Source of the DNA: Octopus vulgaris
Taxonomy: Eukaryota
Direction of reading: 5' to 3'
Length of the DNA: 64,000 bases
Assembly: GCA_951406725.2 (NCBI GenBank)
Contig: OX597823.1
Location: forward strand, 114,018,001 to 114,082,000
Positions 40,699 to 55,562 of this stretch are shown piece by piece (the first letter of the stretch is position 1; the number at the start of each line of letters is the position of its first letter). A program made the translations under genes and the position numbers. Under the pieces are notes generated by a model that was not told where the DNA came from, did no database searches, and saw only the letters and a program-made list of their open reading frames with translations.

Positions 40699-40769
40699 CT
40701 ATCTATAAATGTAATATCTACGAAGCCTTGTTTTTTTTTATCTGATTATATATATATACATATATATAT

Positions 40770-41543
40770 CAGTGGCGACTCTGGCCCTCAAGCTGTTCGG
40801 GCTTAGCCCGAGTAGAAATTTATTAAAGTGAACTTGTATTTGCAAGCTGATTTAACTTCTACGAACATTGAATTGAAGTATGTAATTCCAGCCAATAACT
40901 TGGGCTCCTTTTATTGACCCTGGTCGCAGTTCATTTATTTTCGCTCAGCGTCTGGCACCGTTTTAGAAGTGCCCTATGTCAAAAGATTTCATTCCTTCCT
41001 AGCGGACGCTCTTTCGAGAGCATTCGCATGCGCTTAACTCGGGCTCAGAAGTTACAGTCCATGTTGTTATCTATAATCCTGAAAATTAAAAGTAATTGAA
41101 ATTCAATTTTTTTTTTAAACAATAAATTTGTATAGAGATTAGTATTTAAATTCCAGTCTATAAAATGATTCCGCTCCCCAATATTTTCAAAGGAAGGAAA
41201 ATGTATCCCGCAACTCGGTCTAATACGAATGAGCCTAAAAGGTGTAAAAAATTAACTGGCATCTCTTGTCAAGAGTACAAGTGGCAGATCGCTCGTTGTG
41301 CACTTCGTTGTCGTAATTTGATTGCTGTTTTCTGTGCGTCTGTGTGCAAAGATCAGTTGTGTTTTGCGGGGTCGCTTTATTTTTACCATTAGAACATTTT
41401 AACTTAGAAATGGAGAAAGGCATAGTGCTAGATATAAAAAAAGAGGCCATTTGGGGCCAGAAGTAAAGCGGAACATCGTGAAATTCTTCGAGTAGGCATG
41501 TGCCTCTTGCGAAATCTATGATGATCCCGAGTGACGTTGATGA

Positions 41544-41594
<51 letters not shown>

Positions 41595-41605
41595 AGTCGC
41601 CTCTG
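40770..41605. mobile_element. hAT-like non-autonomous DNA transposon
   Basis: Ends cagtggcgact ... agtcgcctctg (10/11 inverted match), CAG termini; inserted in (TA)n; a (TA)n expansion lies just inside the right TIR. Confidence 0.6.
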
Positions 41606-41609
41606 ATAT

Positions 41610-41729
<120 letters not shown>

Positions 41730-41746
41730 CATATACATATATAAAT

Positions 41747-41801
<55 letters not shown>

Positions 41802-42198
41802 ACGTTACCACGTTGTAGCTCACGTGGTAAATTTTGGAGGGAAATATGAATTCGCATGTCGTTATAGGTGTAGGAATGCTAGCAGTTCTGTTAGACCGTC
41901 CGATGTCGCTGGTCTTATTGGTGTAACGGGTGAGTTTTTCCCCTAGCATTTCTGGATCTATATTATATTGACAAGGAAATGAACCTTCAGTTCTAATCCA
42001 GAAACGAGGCGTCTATAATTAATCCATAGGCTGGGATTTCGTTATTTTCTGCCTTTTTTTGCCATATACAGCTTTACAAATTCTGTTTGTTTGTGGAGAC
42101 TTTTTACTAGTAGAGGAAATGGTGATCAATTTTGGCTGCTATTTCTAATATTTTCGGTATGTGGTTTTGAGCAACTTGTTGCATTTAACCCTTAATTA

Positions 42199-42312
<114 letters not shown>

Positions 42313-42338
42313 TACACGTACATATGCATGAATACATA

Positions 42339-42731
42339 GGTGCATGCGTAGCTGTGTGATTCGAAGCTTCTTTCTTAACCACATGACTCAGGATTCAGTT
42401 CCACTGCCTGGCATCTTGGATAAGTGTCTTCAACTTTAACCGCTGGTCGACTAAAGCCTTGTGATCGGATTTGATAAACAGAAACAACTGAGAGAAGCCA
42501 GTCGTGTGTGTGTGTTCATGTCTGTTTGGCCCTCACTATAACTTGACAACAGGTGTTGGTGTTTTTACGCCCTTATAACTTAACAGTTCAGCAAAAGAAC
42601 GCGATAGAATAAGTACCAGGCTTTAAAAAACAAGTACTTGGATCATTTCATTCCTAAATATTCCTCAAGGCGGTGCATTACCATGGCCGGAGTCTAATGG
42701 CTGAAACAAGAAAAAGATTAAAGATAAAAGA
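42339..42731 (+). mobile_element. SINE family C (diverged)
   Basis: accacatg..ttcagttccactg..aaagccttgtga..ggatttg..gatagaataagtaccagg..catggccg..ctgaaacaag. Confidence 0.85.
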
Positions 42732-42750
42732 TACACATATTTCTGTGTAA

Positions 42751-43153
42751 TCTTTATATATAAAAGAGAGGTTGTGTGCTGTCTGTCTCCTACGATTTAG
42801 ATTCCTAACTACTCCCACATTTTGCGGTGCAGTTTACCCAACACCGGGTATCTTATAGTCGTGATTCATATCGAGCCCTTCTGGGTATTAGCGCGCGTCT
42901 ACGATGAGTCTACGATTTAAAAAAAAAATTACCATTATTTTTTTTCCATTTTAATGCATTTTTTTCGCTATTATATAAGGGAAGTAACTCTCTAAAAATG
43001 TCTACGATGAGTCAACGATTTAAAAAAAAATTTACCATCATTTCTTTTCCATTTTTAATGCATTTTTTTGCTATTTTTTGGGTATAACTCTCTAAAAATG
43101 CTTATATAGTTATTTCCCTTACAAATCCGAGCAACGCCGAGCGATACTGCTAG
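42751..43153 (+). mobile_element. Non-autonomous Helitron
   Basis: A|TCtttatatataaaa ... ccgagcaacgccgagcg hairpin ... CTAG|T; internal ~100-bp tandem duplication; second copy at 57692-58084. Confidence 0.92.
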
Positions 43154-43165
43154 TTATATCTCTGT

Positions 43166-43310
43166 CTGTGGCTTAGAGTATGAGGTAACGGGTTTATAAT
43201 CATGATTTGCAGGTTCAATTCCTGGGCCGAGTGGCGCATTTTGTGCTTAGGCAAAGTACATCATTTAACGTTGCTTAAATCTACTCACCAGTAAATGAGC
43301 ACTAGTATTT
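43166..43310 (+). mobile_element. Old degenerate tRNA/CORE-like SINE
   Basis: gtggcttag..ggttcaattcctgg..tgtgcttaggcaaagtacatcatttaacgttgc..gtaaatgag. Confidence 0.55.
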
Positions 43311-44470
43311 TACTAGCGCATCTCTCTCGCCCTCCCTCTGTCACGTTCTTGATAAACTAATGGATACGGGTAGGAGGTCCGAGAGGGCAAATATGTATGC
43401 TCGCCTGTACATAGGCATCTACAAGAATCTGCGAAAATGTTGTACAAGCTTGTAAGTTATACTCGCTTGTGAATCGCTGCGACGTACAGCCGTGTAGAAG
43501 CGTTATACGTGTATCTATGATGAGTTTTATTGCTGATATAGTTCAACCCAGGGATGAGGTAATTCAAGAATCTTCCGAATAACGTATTTCCAGAAAATCC
43601 GAGTGTTTCTTTTTAGGTATAATGTATCTAGAACAACTATTCAAAGCATTACTTTGAAAATAGTAAGTTGTGATCTCAGAGATTGTCTACAGGTATTTCT
43701 TCGAGCAGGTAAAACGATCAATAAATAGTTGCTCGAGGCCGTGTGTGTTTAGGCGTTTGTATGATATGGACGTAATAAAAATATAAATTACACGAAATGC
43801 TCACCAAGTCTAATTTGTATTCCAGATTGTAATCCGCAGTGCTGAGCGATCTAATCTACAATACGAAGCCATTTCGGAATCTGCAATAAAACATTCCATA
43901 AAATACAAATCACCCAAACCGATGCAGCAGAATGGCACTAAGAATGCTGCATAAAAGCATCCATCTTCGTTTCTGGTTGACTATGAAGCAAATACAACCA
44001 TCGTATAAAAATGATTGCTCTCTTTACACGTGTTGCATCGTCTTAAACTTCGTTGACCTAAAGCCCTTCTGAGGGAGTGTTTGCGTGATTACAAATATAA
44101 TATAAACAGAGGAGTCGATGCCTCTTTCAGCATTGAAAAAGTCTGTCAACATGTAATTTCAGAAGAAGGTGGGTTTTATTTGCTTTTGTGTTTTTTGTTT
44201 TGTTTGGTCTTGGTTTTTTTTTTAAATATTCTAAACATCTCTTACTCTATTTTATCATCACGCTGAAAGCTGGCCACTTGTCAAGTAATTCTTTCCGCTT
44301 TCATTTCTTTGCACGTTTTTATAGCTATTTCGGTAATCCCATTTGGTGCGAAGTATTTAGCAATTTCTCAAGGAATCTATCAGGAATATCGAAATAGGAA
44401 GCAAAAAATTATTTATAAATACATTTAAAACAAAACTGAAAATAATGTATATATATATATATATATATAT

Positions 44471-44505
<35 letters not shown>

Positions 44506-45241
44506 TATATATCAATACATATATATATATATATATATATATCAATACATATATATATATATATCAATATATACATGTATATATATGTACATATATACAT
44601 ATACGCACACACACACGTATATCTATATACATACATACAGAGACAAAGAGAGACGGCGAGAAAGACAAAACGTAGATTTTTCTGTTTAATAAAAGGAAGA
44701 GAATATGCAATTATACTCCCTTGCACTCGTATATACACACACATATAAATACAGAACATATATAAACATAGATATCTATATGTGCCTATAAATATTTAAA
44801 CATCATATAAATATAAATATAGATATATATATATATAAATATATATTTTATGTATATATATATATTCAAAATGTGACTAATATGTATTAGAGATATTTGA
44901 AGTTGACAAAATAGCAGATAAACACAGAGAGGCGTGAAAGTAGAATAAAATAAATATACTTTTAATAATAAAATAAATCTGAGTAAACAATCGAAGTAAT
45001 AGAAGTGATGAGTAAATATCTGAAATGCATTATGAAGCTTGTTGAGAGGAATACACATCAAATATGGCAACAAAGGAAGTAGGAAAAATCGATTAAATTT
45101 TGAAGTTGCAGAAAAATATAAGTTTGAAATAGCGTCTGACGAGAACTGGAACACGGCGGGAAAATTACCGCCAGTATTATAAATACAGATATTATTAAAT
45201 TATAAGACGCATATATATATACACACACATATGTGTGTGTA

Positions 45242-45274
<33 letters not shown>

Positions 45275-45301
45275 ATATATAAAGATATATGCATGCGTGT
45301 A

Positions 45302-45356
<55 letters not shown>

Positions 45357-45408
45357 ATGAATATATATATATATGTATGTATATATATAAATATATATGC
45401 ATATGTGG

Positions 45409-45453
<45 letters not shown>

Positions 45454-46637
45454 GTGGATATGTATATACATATATGTATACATAGAGAGACATTTATGTA
45501 TATGTATAAATGTATACATATATTTATGCATATGTATATATATATATGCATATATATATATGCATGTATGTATATGTGAGTGTGTTTGCATGTATATGTA
45601 TATATATATATACGCATGCACACATAAAACATGCACACACGCACCTAGACACACTCACCTTATATGTAATGTATTTGTTTTTACTTGTGCCAAGTGTCGT
45701 GCTGCTTTCGTTTGCACAGCAATTTCGTAAAATGAAATAAAATCACGCACTCATGTCACGTGTTAGTCAGTCGTATTCGTACATGACTAACATCTATGGA
45801 TTCTCTTATCTCTAGACGGACCTATTGTCAATGAAACGTAGGCCAGCATCTCCTTCATACGTGGACACTTCAGTTCAGTAATTATATTTGCAAGTCTTTA
45901 TCCTTTATCTCTTTGTTAATTTATTGCTGGAACTATAAATCTTTTTTTTTCCTATATTGGTATTATTACATTATGATTTAGAGTTTATGATTGTTTAAAA
46001 ATCCAACTAGATTGGGAAGAACGTATAGTGTTTCATCTTCTTTGAAAGTATTTATAAAGTAGACTATTGAACATCTTCGAAAACTTGTGCCCACGAGCGA
46101 TGCAACTTGGAAGTTCGAATAAGATTCATTAGATATATTTGCTGGTTCTATATACTCCAGGAACGGTGGTGGTGATCGGGACACGACGCACCGCTTTCTT
46201 ATTAAATTCATTCGACGCTGTTGCTGTTATCGCTTAGCCCCAAGTCAGCCATACATCTCTGATCAAAGGTTTTTCTCAACGGTGCCTTGACTCGTCTTAC
46301 ATTCAGAAATAATGTACTTAGAATTATATTATCGAACGTATCCTGCATATTTTTAAGGCGGAGCGTTAGAAAATGCCTGTAGGCACAAGTTTCTACCATG
46401 TCATGTGACTATGTAGGCACCCACCCATTGGTTGCCTATAGTAATTGATTTTGCTTATTGTTAACTAGGTGTAATATGAGTACCAGTTAATGTGCGGAAG
46501 AATGTTATTTGTTTGAAGAGAAATATCTTCTGTTTCGTCTTTTAATTAGGAACGGGTATACATGGAGTTATTTGATGACAATAATGCATATTTCAAGATA
46601 ATTATGGAAAATATTATAAAATTGTCTTTTAGCTACA

Positions 46638-46673
<36 letters not shown>

Positions 46674-46781
46674 TAATCAAAATAAAAACACGATGCCAAG
46701 GATTCATGATTAATTTACTCCACCACCAACACCACCAAACGGTATATACAGGTGCTTACAATTATCAAGTACTCACCCCGA

Positions 46782-47162
<381 letters not shown>

Positions 47163-47249
47163 ATAATAACAAAATAATATATAAAACATATGCATATATA
47201 CATACATATATGTACATACCTACATCTATATGTATATATACATGCATAT

Positions 47250-47440
47250 ATGGGTACAGGACACCAAAAAAAAAAAAACATTGAACACAATGAGAAATGA
47301 AAACATAAAAACAAAAACATAGAAACGGACATTTTTTCAAACAACGAAAAAAACAGAGAACAAGACATACAACACAAGGAATATTCCCCTTCTTCAGTTG
47401 CCCCTGTTTCGGCTACTCCGCGTTTCGAAGGTAAGGGATA
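47250..47440 (-). mobile_element. TA-associated short repeat with hammerhead-core-like words
   Basis: Minus strand ccttcGAAAcgcg..gcc..ggcaaCTGAAGAagggg; permuted and incomplete. Confidence 0.3.
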
Positions 47441-47759
47441 TATTAGTGACAGAGGCAGTATTATACCGAGAGGTAATATTTATTCCCAATTAAACATCGA
47501 TGTTCTCTTCGAACAAATTACAGTTTGGTAGATGCAATGGAACTCACACATTGGCTTTTGATCCAAAAGTCACTCTTCTTTATTTTGCTAACAGGGAGAT
47601 AAATTCGTGCTATTTCCAGCACCGAGACCACTAGATCACGTAATTTCAGCATTCCTTCGTCTTGTCAAAGATGGACGTTCCACCGCAAGAAATAGCAGCG
47701 ACTCATCTCCCCGCCAGCGATATTTAGAAAAAAACTGTGCTAGACCGGGCGCTCGTGTC

Positions 47760-48250
47760 ATCAGTATTCTAGGTCTGACCGTGCAAAGGAAAAGAAAAGT
47801 GGAACTGTGACATCTTGCTCTCTTGACCGGAAAGATTGGAAGTTGTAGGAGCTAATACTGTGAGCCATACTGAGTATATTATTGATGTGAACAGACCAGC
47901 CGAGATTAATCTTAAGCTCCTGATATTATAAGATACTGTGAGTAGTTCATCTGATTGGAGAGAATTTAGTTGTTTAAGTACATTCTTTTTCACGAAGTGC
48001 ATGAATTCAAAATTTCTCTCATTGACATACGTGTGTTGTTTTACTTCTCCCATTGTCTTACAGCATGTAGATCAAACTGAAGTTTTGTTAGGTCTTCTGC
48101 ACTGATAATTATCGAGAGGTTGGTGTCATGCAGCAATTTTTATTAACTTTTTGCTGTTTGGTAACACTTGTGATGTCATTTATATAGACTACAAAGGGAA
48201 GCGGGCCGAAAACATTCCCCTGGGAAATACCACTGCTGACTTTTGTGATA
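47760..48250 (-). pseudogene. Decayed CR1-group LINE reverse transcriptase fragment
   Basis: VSSGISQGNVFGPLPFVVYINDI; LQ.DLHAVRQW..NERNFEFMHF; FARSDLEY (cf. VRPHLEY). Confidence 0.85.
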
Positions 48251-48345
48251 TGTGCGTGTGCGTGAGAGAGAGAGAGAGAGAGAGAGAGAGTGTGTGTGTG
48301 TGTGTGTGTGTGCGTATGTGTTTGAGTATGTGCCCGTGCAGATGT

Positions 48346-48392
<47 letters not shown>

Positions 48393-49121
48393 TGTGTGTG
48401 TGCATGCGTATTTGTGTGTTTCTGTTTACGTATGTCAGCGTGTATCTATGTACATAACTATTTTGAAGTTAAACGTCCATCGAATGGTGGACTGCTCCGC
48501 CTGAGGCAAACATGGTTTTTATTTCTAGTTGATCTTGGCACCATATAGAGGCTTTGCTGTTCACTTGTTATTGGTTATAACGTTAGTCCTAACCGGGGTT
48601 GAATAAGCTGGTCATTCAAGAGTCAGTACCCATAAATGCCAGTTATATTCTGATTTCCTGTTAGAAATCGACTTTCTGACATGTTCTTTGAAATTAGTGT
48701 ATGGCTTTGTGTCTACTTTAAAAATGACCGCATTTATCTGCTGTGGTGATGGATTGCAGGACCGTTAGTGGACGTGCTGAATCTAAAACACACTGTTACA
48801 TTAATTCTACTTTGTTTGTTGTACAACTTTTTACTTACTTTTGGCTCTGATGTTCTGACATTGATTCGATTGTTGTTTTCACGAATGTCGTTGTGCAGCT
48901 TTTCTTGGTGCTGTATCTAATGAAGTTGCTGTGCATCTGATCGTGATGCACTTTTCCCTCATGTAGAGCCATTGGTCGTGTTGCTGTTACAGACGATGCA
49001 CTTTTCACGACGAAAATATTTTGACAAATTAAATTTAAATGTTGAAGTGAATCTAACGGTTTTTGTGTGTTTCTTAAATGGCTTATAAACACCGTCCACG
49101 CTGCAATTATATATATATATC

Positions 49122-49152
<31 letters not shown>

Positions 49153-50324
49153 GCATTTCACACCGATGTTCATTCCATGGTACCTACTCACTTGAAGCAA
49201 AGCACTTCAAATTAAAAGTGATGTGAATTCGGATCAATGCGATGTTGTGAACGCTGTTGCGTAGAAACATGAAACAAACCGGTGGTTAAACTACTTCTGC
49301 TATGAGCGATGTACGCAGACCATTTAAGAAAGTAATTCTTATATATTTAATTGCACGATTTGCAACAAATTGCAACCAAATCTCTTTCAAGCATTGTTCA
49401 GCATCATCAAAATAGATTACGCAGGATGATGTAGAGGGATGATGTACTGTTAGAGGAAGAGTAGATGGTAAGAGCTGAGCTGCATTTGATCCAACTTCTG
49501 CTCTATCAGAGTTGGATTAAGTCCCAAACAAAACAACAAAATCTAAATGAACAGAAAAATCTTAAACTAAGTATGACTACGTAATGGGTCGTTTATCTCT
49601 TATACACAGTGGTACTTCACTGAACAGTGCTTAGCTGTATCTATGCTTATTATCTATTTACAGATGAGTGGAGACAGAACAAGAGTTAAGTGGTTTAGTC
49701 ATGACTACAGAGAAGTGAAAGTGACAACATAGTTGTGTCGCAACGCATCTCTTTTTATTGGAAGCGATGTCATGTTCAACACGTACTAGATATAAAAGGT
49801 ACGTAAGATAATAATGTTGATGGTAAAGGTGGTACAGATCATATACATGTGTGTGTATGTGTCTCTCTGTTTGTGTGCGTGTGTGTTTCATATAGGCAAA
49901 TGCTAAATAATGCTTGGGGAAGTGGGTTATTCGATGCCAATACTTGAAGAGCTACATTATCGTATCGACACCGCATCACTCAGCATATAATACAAATTAA
50001 TGTATCAGATTATTGACAAATACAACTCAATAAGCATATAACCACATGTGCACATAAGAAACGACTAAATTTTTAAAAACCCGACCTTATACATATTCAG
50101 GGATTGTATAACAAGACGACAAGAACATATCAGCAGAGACAACTTCCAAAAACTAATGCCGACCACTTCTAAATAATTGTGGGAGATTAATGGAGACCCC
50201 TACTAAAAACTACAGCTTCTGTCACTGCAACTTCTACTAGCCCTTATGCTAGAGTTTTTAGTCTTCCAAGGACCTACAGTATTGTTTCAACAATCATGGT
50301 TTAGCTGCCATTGCTGCTTTGATT

Positions 50325-50669
50325 GTTTGTTTGTTGAGCAAAGCGGTCTTCGTCCCATTAGTGGTCCTTTGCTATTCGTAAGATCCGCAGAAGAGAAAGC
50401 AGGTCAACCCCCGACACCGAGGGATGGATGAATGCGCATCCAGACTCAGCGGTTGCGTAGGAAGTCGGGGACAAGAAAAAGGAAGAAAGAATGAGAGAAA
50501 GTTGGAGCGAAAGAGTACAAGAGGGGTCGTCACCACCCCCTGCCGTGGCCTCGTGGAGCTTTGGGTGTTTTCGCTCAATAAACACACACAACGCCCGGTC
50601 TGGGAATCGAAACCGCGATCCTCCGACTGCGAGTCCACTGCTCTAACCATTGGGCCATTGCGCCTCCAC
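50325..50669 (-). mobile_element. SINE family B head with tail type 2
   Basis: Head nearly identical to 5057/26625; 3' half ttgtccccgacttcctacgcaaccgctgag..gggacgaagaccgc..(aaca)n. Confidence 0.92.
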
Positions 50670-51114
50670 TGTTGTTGCTGCTTCTATTACAAACTTCTTC
50701 GACCATTAGCGTTGCTGACCCTGCTACAATTGATAACCACTTCATAGAGACAAAAGCAACTGACGTTGCTTGAACTGCCACTACCACGGCAGCAGCAGAT
50801 CTCAGAAAGAGACCATCTTCTTACATATCGTGAATTTTCACGGAAAAACGTGAAATACTTGATATATAATGAAAGATTAATTTAATTTATTTCCTGTTTT
50901 CTCTCTTCCAGCATGACAAAATCAATTTTAAAGCTATTGAAACCGGTAGTATATATTTTTAAGTCATGCAAATATTTTCTTTCATTTGTCCATGATCACG
51001 CTCTGAATGAAAACTCTTGTACTTTTCCTAAAACACACGTACACACACGCTCGCACGCACATGCGCACACACACATACATACATGCAAACATACTGACAT
51101 GCACACAGACAGAC

Positions 51115-51192
51115 AGTGATAGATAGACAGACAGACAGACAGACAGATAGATAGATAGATAGATGATGGATTGATGTATGGATTGATGTATG

Positions 51193-51243
<51 letters not shown>

Positions 51244-51293
51244 TGATAGATAGATGGATATATGGATGGATGGATAGATAGATAGATAGATAT

Positions 51294-51335
<42 letters not shown>

Positions 51336-51354
51336 GGATGGATAGCTAGCTAGC

Positions 51355-51417
<63 letters not shown>

Positions 51418-51500
51418 GGATAGATAGAGTAAGCGAGTGTGTGAGTGAGTGAGTGAGCGTGTGAGTGAGTGAGTGTGTGAGTGAGTGAGTGAGAGAGAAT
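51115..51500. repeat. (GATA)n/(GACA)n/(GAGT)n compound microsatellite
   Basis: Direct observation. Confidence 0.95.
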
Positions 51501-52397
51501 ATAATACAGTATTTGATTACTTGATAGCGCACATATTCTCTCATCAATTTCTTTAAAACAAGATTTCACACAATATTATTGCATTCGGTATTCATTATGT
51601 AAATATACTTTCTTCGTTCTGTACCAATTACCTGTATTGTTGTTATTCACCCGGCTAACCTCTCTCGCAATACAATACACTCTACACAAAATTACTTGTA
51701 CTAAAATGAACCATTTTTGTTACCTCTATTTCTTCACTTTTTCTTTTCGTACGAGAAAATATATTTTCTGGCGTAAAACTTATTTACATTAAGATCTATT
51801 ATCATCTATATTAAAACTATGATGTCTATATACAAGTCTATCGCCTTATCTTTCAGTTCGTTCTTACACAGATGTCTTCATGCATACACCGTCGTAAGTC
51901 ATAAACTTATACAGTAATACGAAATTTAAGTACGGACACACAGAACACATTTTTCTCATATACGAAAAACAACGCAATATCATTTATATATTACGCAAGT
52001 ATACACACACACACACACAAAACATATAGTGTATGTGTGTAGGCGCGTACATGTATACATGAATGCATATACACATATGCATGCATATACATATCTATAT
52101 AAAAATGCATATATATGTGGAGGGCATAGGTGTGTATATGTGTGTATGTACGTATGTATGTATATATATTATAAAACTAAATTTGAGAGTGATTTTACTA
52201 TCACAATATCATTAGTACTGGCAGCGAATCCCTGCCTCACAAGGTGAAGGTACAGAGTAGCAATCAAGGAAGAGAAACATGAAGGGCCGTTGGGCCAAGA
52301 CGCATTGTAATGCATATTTAATTAAATTTCCGGAGAGTTAGTGCTTCGAACGAACAAACAATGACAGGGTGAACGTACAGAGTAAGCAATATAAGCA

Positions 52398-52544
52398 ACG
52401 GGCTTCTTTCAGTTTCCGTCTACCAAATCCACTCACAAGGCTTTGGTCGGCCCGAGGCTATAGTAGAAAACACTTGCCCAAGGTGCCACTCAGTCGGAAT
52501 GAAACCGGAAACCATGTGGTTGGTAAGCAAGCTACTTACCACAG
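52398..52544 (-). mobile_element. Partial SINE family C
   Basis: Reverse complement of family C head through aagcccgt. Confidence 0.9.
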
Positions 52545-52558
52545 TAGACGACAATGTG

Positions 52559-52590
<32 letters not shown>

Positions 52591-52622
52591 TGTATGTATG
52601 TATGTATGTATGTATGTATGAT

Positions 52623-52692
<70 letters not shown>

Positions 52693-53228
52693 ATTCACAC
52701 GAAAGGTAGTGTTCTTAGTTCTTCATTATCTCCATATATTGCTTCTGAGAATAAGGATAAATGCACATTTTTGAAAAGTTGATGGAATATTAATAAAATA
52801 TTAGTACACGTAGAACCACTTATTGGTGAATTTTACTCTTGCTAATTCTGATCCTAGAATTCGCAGATCAAATCTGAAAGAATTTTAACGACTGCGCTAA
52901 TTCACCACTGAATATGGAACCCGAGTATCAGAAATACGGGCAAATATTTCATGAAGTACCACATGGTCAGCGTTCATGCACATTATAGCCGAAAGATCGA
53001 CTTGGCTTTCTTTTTGTAAGACACTTTTAAAAGAAAAGGTCCTTAATTTAGCTTTTAAGCAAATGATGACGTTATCACAAAACGTTTAATCATGACAAAT
53101 TTTCTGGAACATATTTTCTTCTTTTCCTTTCCAGCAACTTTCTGTGTCTCTCTTTCTCCTCTCCTTTACAAGGGAATCATTCTAATCTCTCTTTCTACTA
53201 ATAGTGCGAGCGTGAGAGCTTCCGTACG

Positions 53229-53284
<56 letters not shown>

Positions 53285-53287
53285 CCC

Positions 53288-53320
<33 letters not shown>

Positions 53321-53361
53321 CACATAAATACGAATATACATATATATACACATAAATACGA

Positions 53362-53456
<95 letters not shown>

Positions 53457-54159
53457 CATATACATGTATGCATGCCTATTCGCATATGCATACATCTCTA
53501 CATGAATGTGCCTCCACGCGAATACACATACACACATATTTCAACATTTCAACTATTTCTTTTTCTTTATTTCGCCTATATTGCTTAGTAAATTTTTGAA
53601 GCGGGTAAAGAGGTTAGAAAGGAGGAGATTGTTCGAATTAAAGAGCGAAAGGTGGTAGGTTTTGCAGAGGTGAAACGAGATAAAGACAGTAGAACGGTTA
53701 TAACAGAGGTGCAACAAATGAAGATGTCGGTTATGCTGGAGTCGATCAGAAGAAGGAAATGAATGTTACGCAGAATACATAGAAAATACCCTTCCACGAT
53801 GAGAAAAAAATATAAAGCCTCCTAAAACATAGAAACTTTCGCTTACACGTATATAATCATACATGCATACATAATTTACTTGCACATAAATGCATATATC
53901 CATAGATACACACGGAAAATAATAATAGGTTTATTAAGACGTCAAGTTGATTTCCTCGCGCTATTAAATCGGAATATTCATTTCTTTTTCTTTTTTTGGT
54001 ATTTTAAAATATATTTCTATATTTTTTTCGAATAATCTTTATGTATCAACTTTTAACATTACTACGTTCCTTAAGTGCTAATATTAGTTATAATGGATAT
54101 GTCATACACTGATAATAGGTTATAGACACTTATTACTTTAAAAATGCTATGTTACGAAC

Positions 54160-54194
<35 letters not shown>

Positions 54195-54400
54195 CACACA
54201 TACACACACGCTCATACGCGCACATTCACAACGCACACACGTATATATACAGGTGTCTATATATGCAATATCGTATCTGTGTATGAGCATGAGTAAAAAT
54301 ATATGTGTATTGCGTATATATGTGTATGTGTAGTGTTTGTGCATACGAATTTATGGATATATGTATATATGCTTCCATAGATACATAATGCATGCATGCT

Positions 54401-54441
<41 letters not shown>

Positions 54442-54854
54442 TTGTGAATGTGGTGTATCTGTGTGTGCATGTGTGTGTGCAGGTTTATGCGAATATAAAT
54501 GTCTGTGTTTAATCTTACTCCATTTTACTATATTTAACAACTGTATTGTTACAATAAGATGCGAATATTCAAAATTACGTAGACGTCATTCGTTCCTCCT
54601 ATGCACATATAAAAATAGAATTTGTACAGGAGAAAAGAATCACATAAAACTACTGTTGTACAATGTGTTATTCCATAGTAAATACCTAGTCGACTGATGG
54701 ATGGCGCTGAGTCTTATTTTCCGCAGGATTCCTGAAGCAGGAAATCACAATCGTTAAGTTTTGCGACTCAAATATACGTCACTCGATGTAAAAAAAGTAT
54801 ATGTTTAACTGGGTATAGGTATGCTTACATATGTGCAGTGTCACACACAAGACC

Positions 54855-55093
54855 GTATGAGTGTTGGGTTCATCACTTGTGCAGGGACAAGGTGACAATA
54901 CATTCATTGGAAACATTTCTCAACTGCTCCAAAGAAGGCTTAAGTCATTTCACCAGCAAGGTAGGTGATGGTCTCAGATTTTGGGGATGAAAAAATGCCT
55001 TACGCTTGTTGACTATCTTCAGCAGCATGATGTTATCGAATCTGAAATATCTTACTGGGAAGGCTGTTCTTCTGATCGTAACACCCCCTCGAA
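54855..55093 (+). mobile_element. Mariner transposase relic
   Basis: ECWVHH..HWKH..APKKA*VISPA..VMVSDFGDEK..LVDYLQ (cf. DESWVHHF..WKH..PKKAK..SAGKVMASVFWD..LIDYL); TIR-like acaccccctcg at the end. Confidence 0.7.
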
Positions 55094-55358
55094 TGCTTTG
55101 GTGATATGATATGTTAGTGAGATCTGGAGTTAATACAACGCGAGTTATTTATTTCACATTTTAAAAACTTGAATAATTGAATGGAAAAGAAAGCGATTAG
55201 AAATAAAATTGATTCCTCCAGAGATTAGCGGGAGAAAATAGGTATCGGGATCTTTCAGAGCACCCAACAACTCACATCATACACACACACACACACAGAT
55301 ACATGCGCGCGCGCACACTCATGCATATATATATTTACACAGATATACATACACACAT

Positions 55359-55517
<159 letters not shown>

Positions 55518-55562
55518 GATATGTATACACACACATACATATATAAATATATATATATATAT

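Noticed and set aside
41517-41546. C/D-box snoRNA (atgatga..tgatga)
   Set aside because: No properly spaced D box or terminal stem; lies within a transposon-like element
52211-52397. Third Helitron-like element
   Set aside because: End reads CCAG rather than CTRR and there is no second copy in the window
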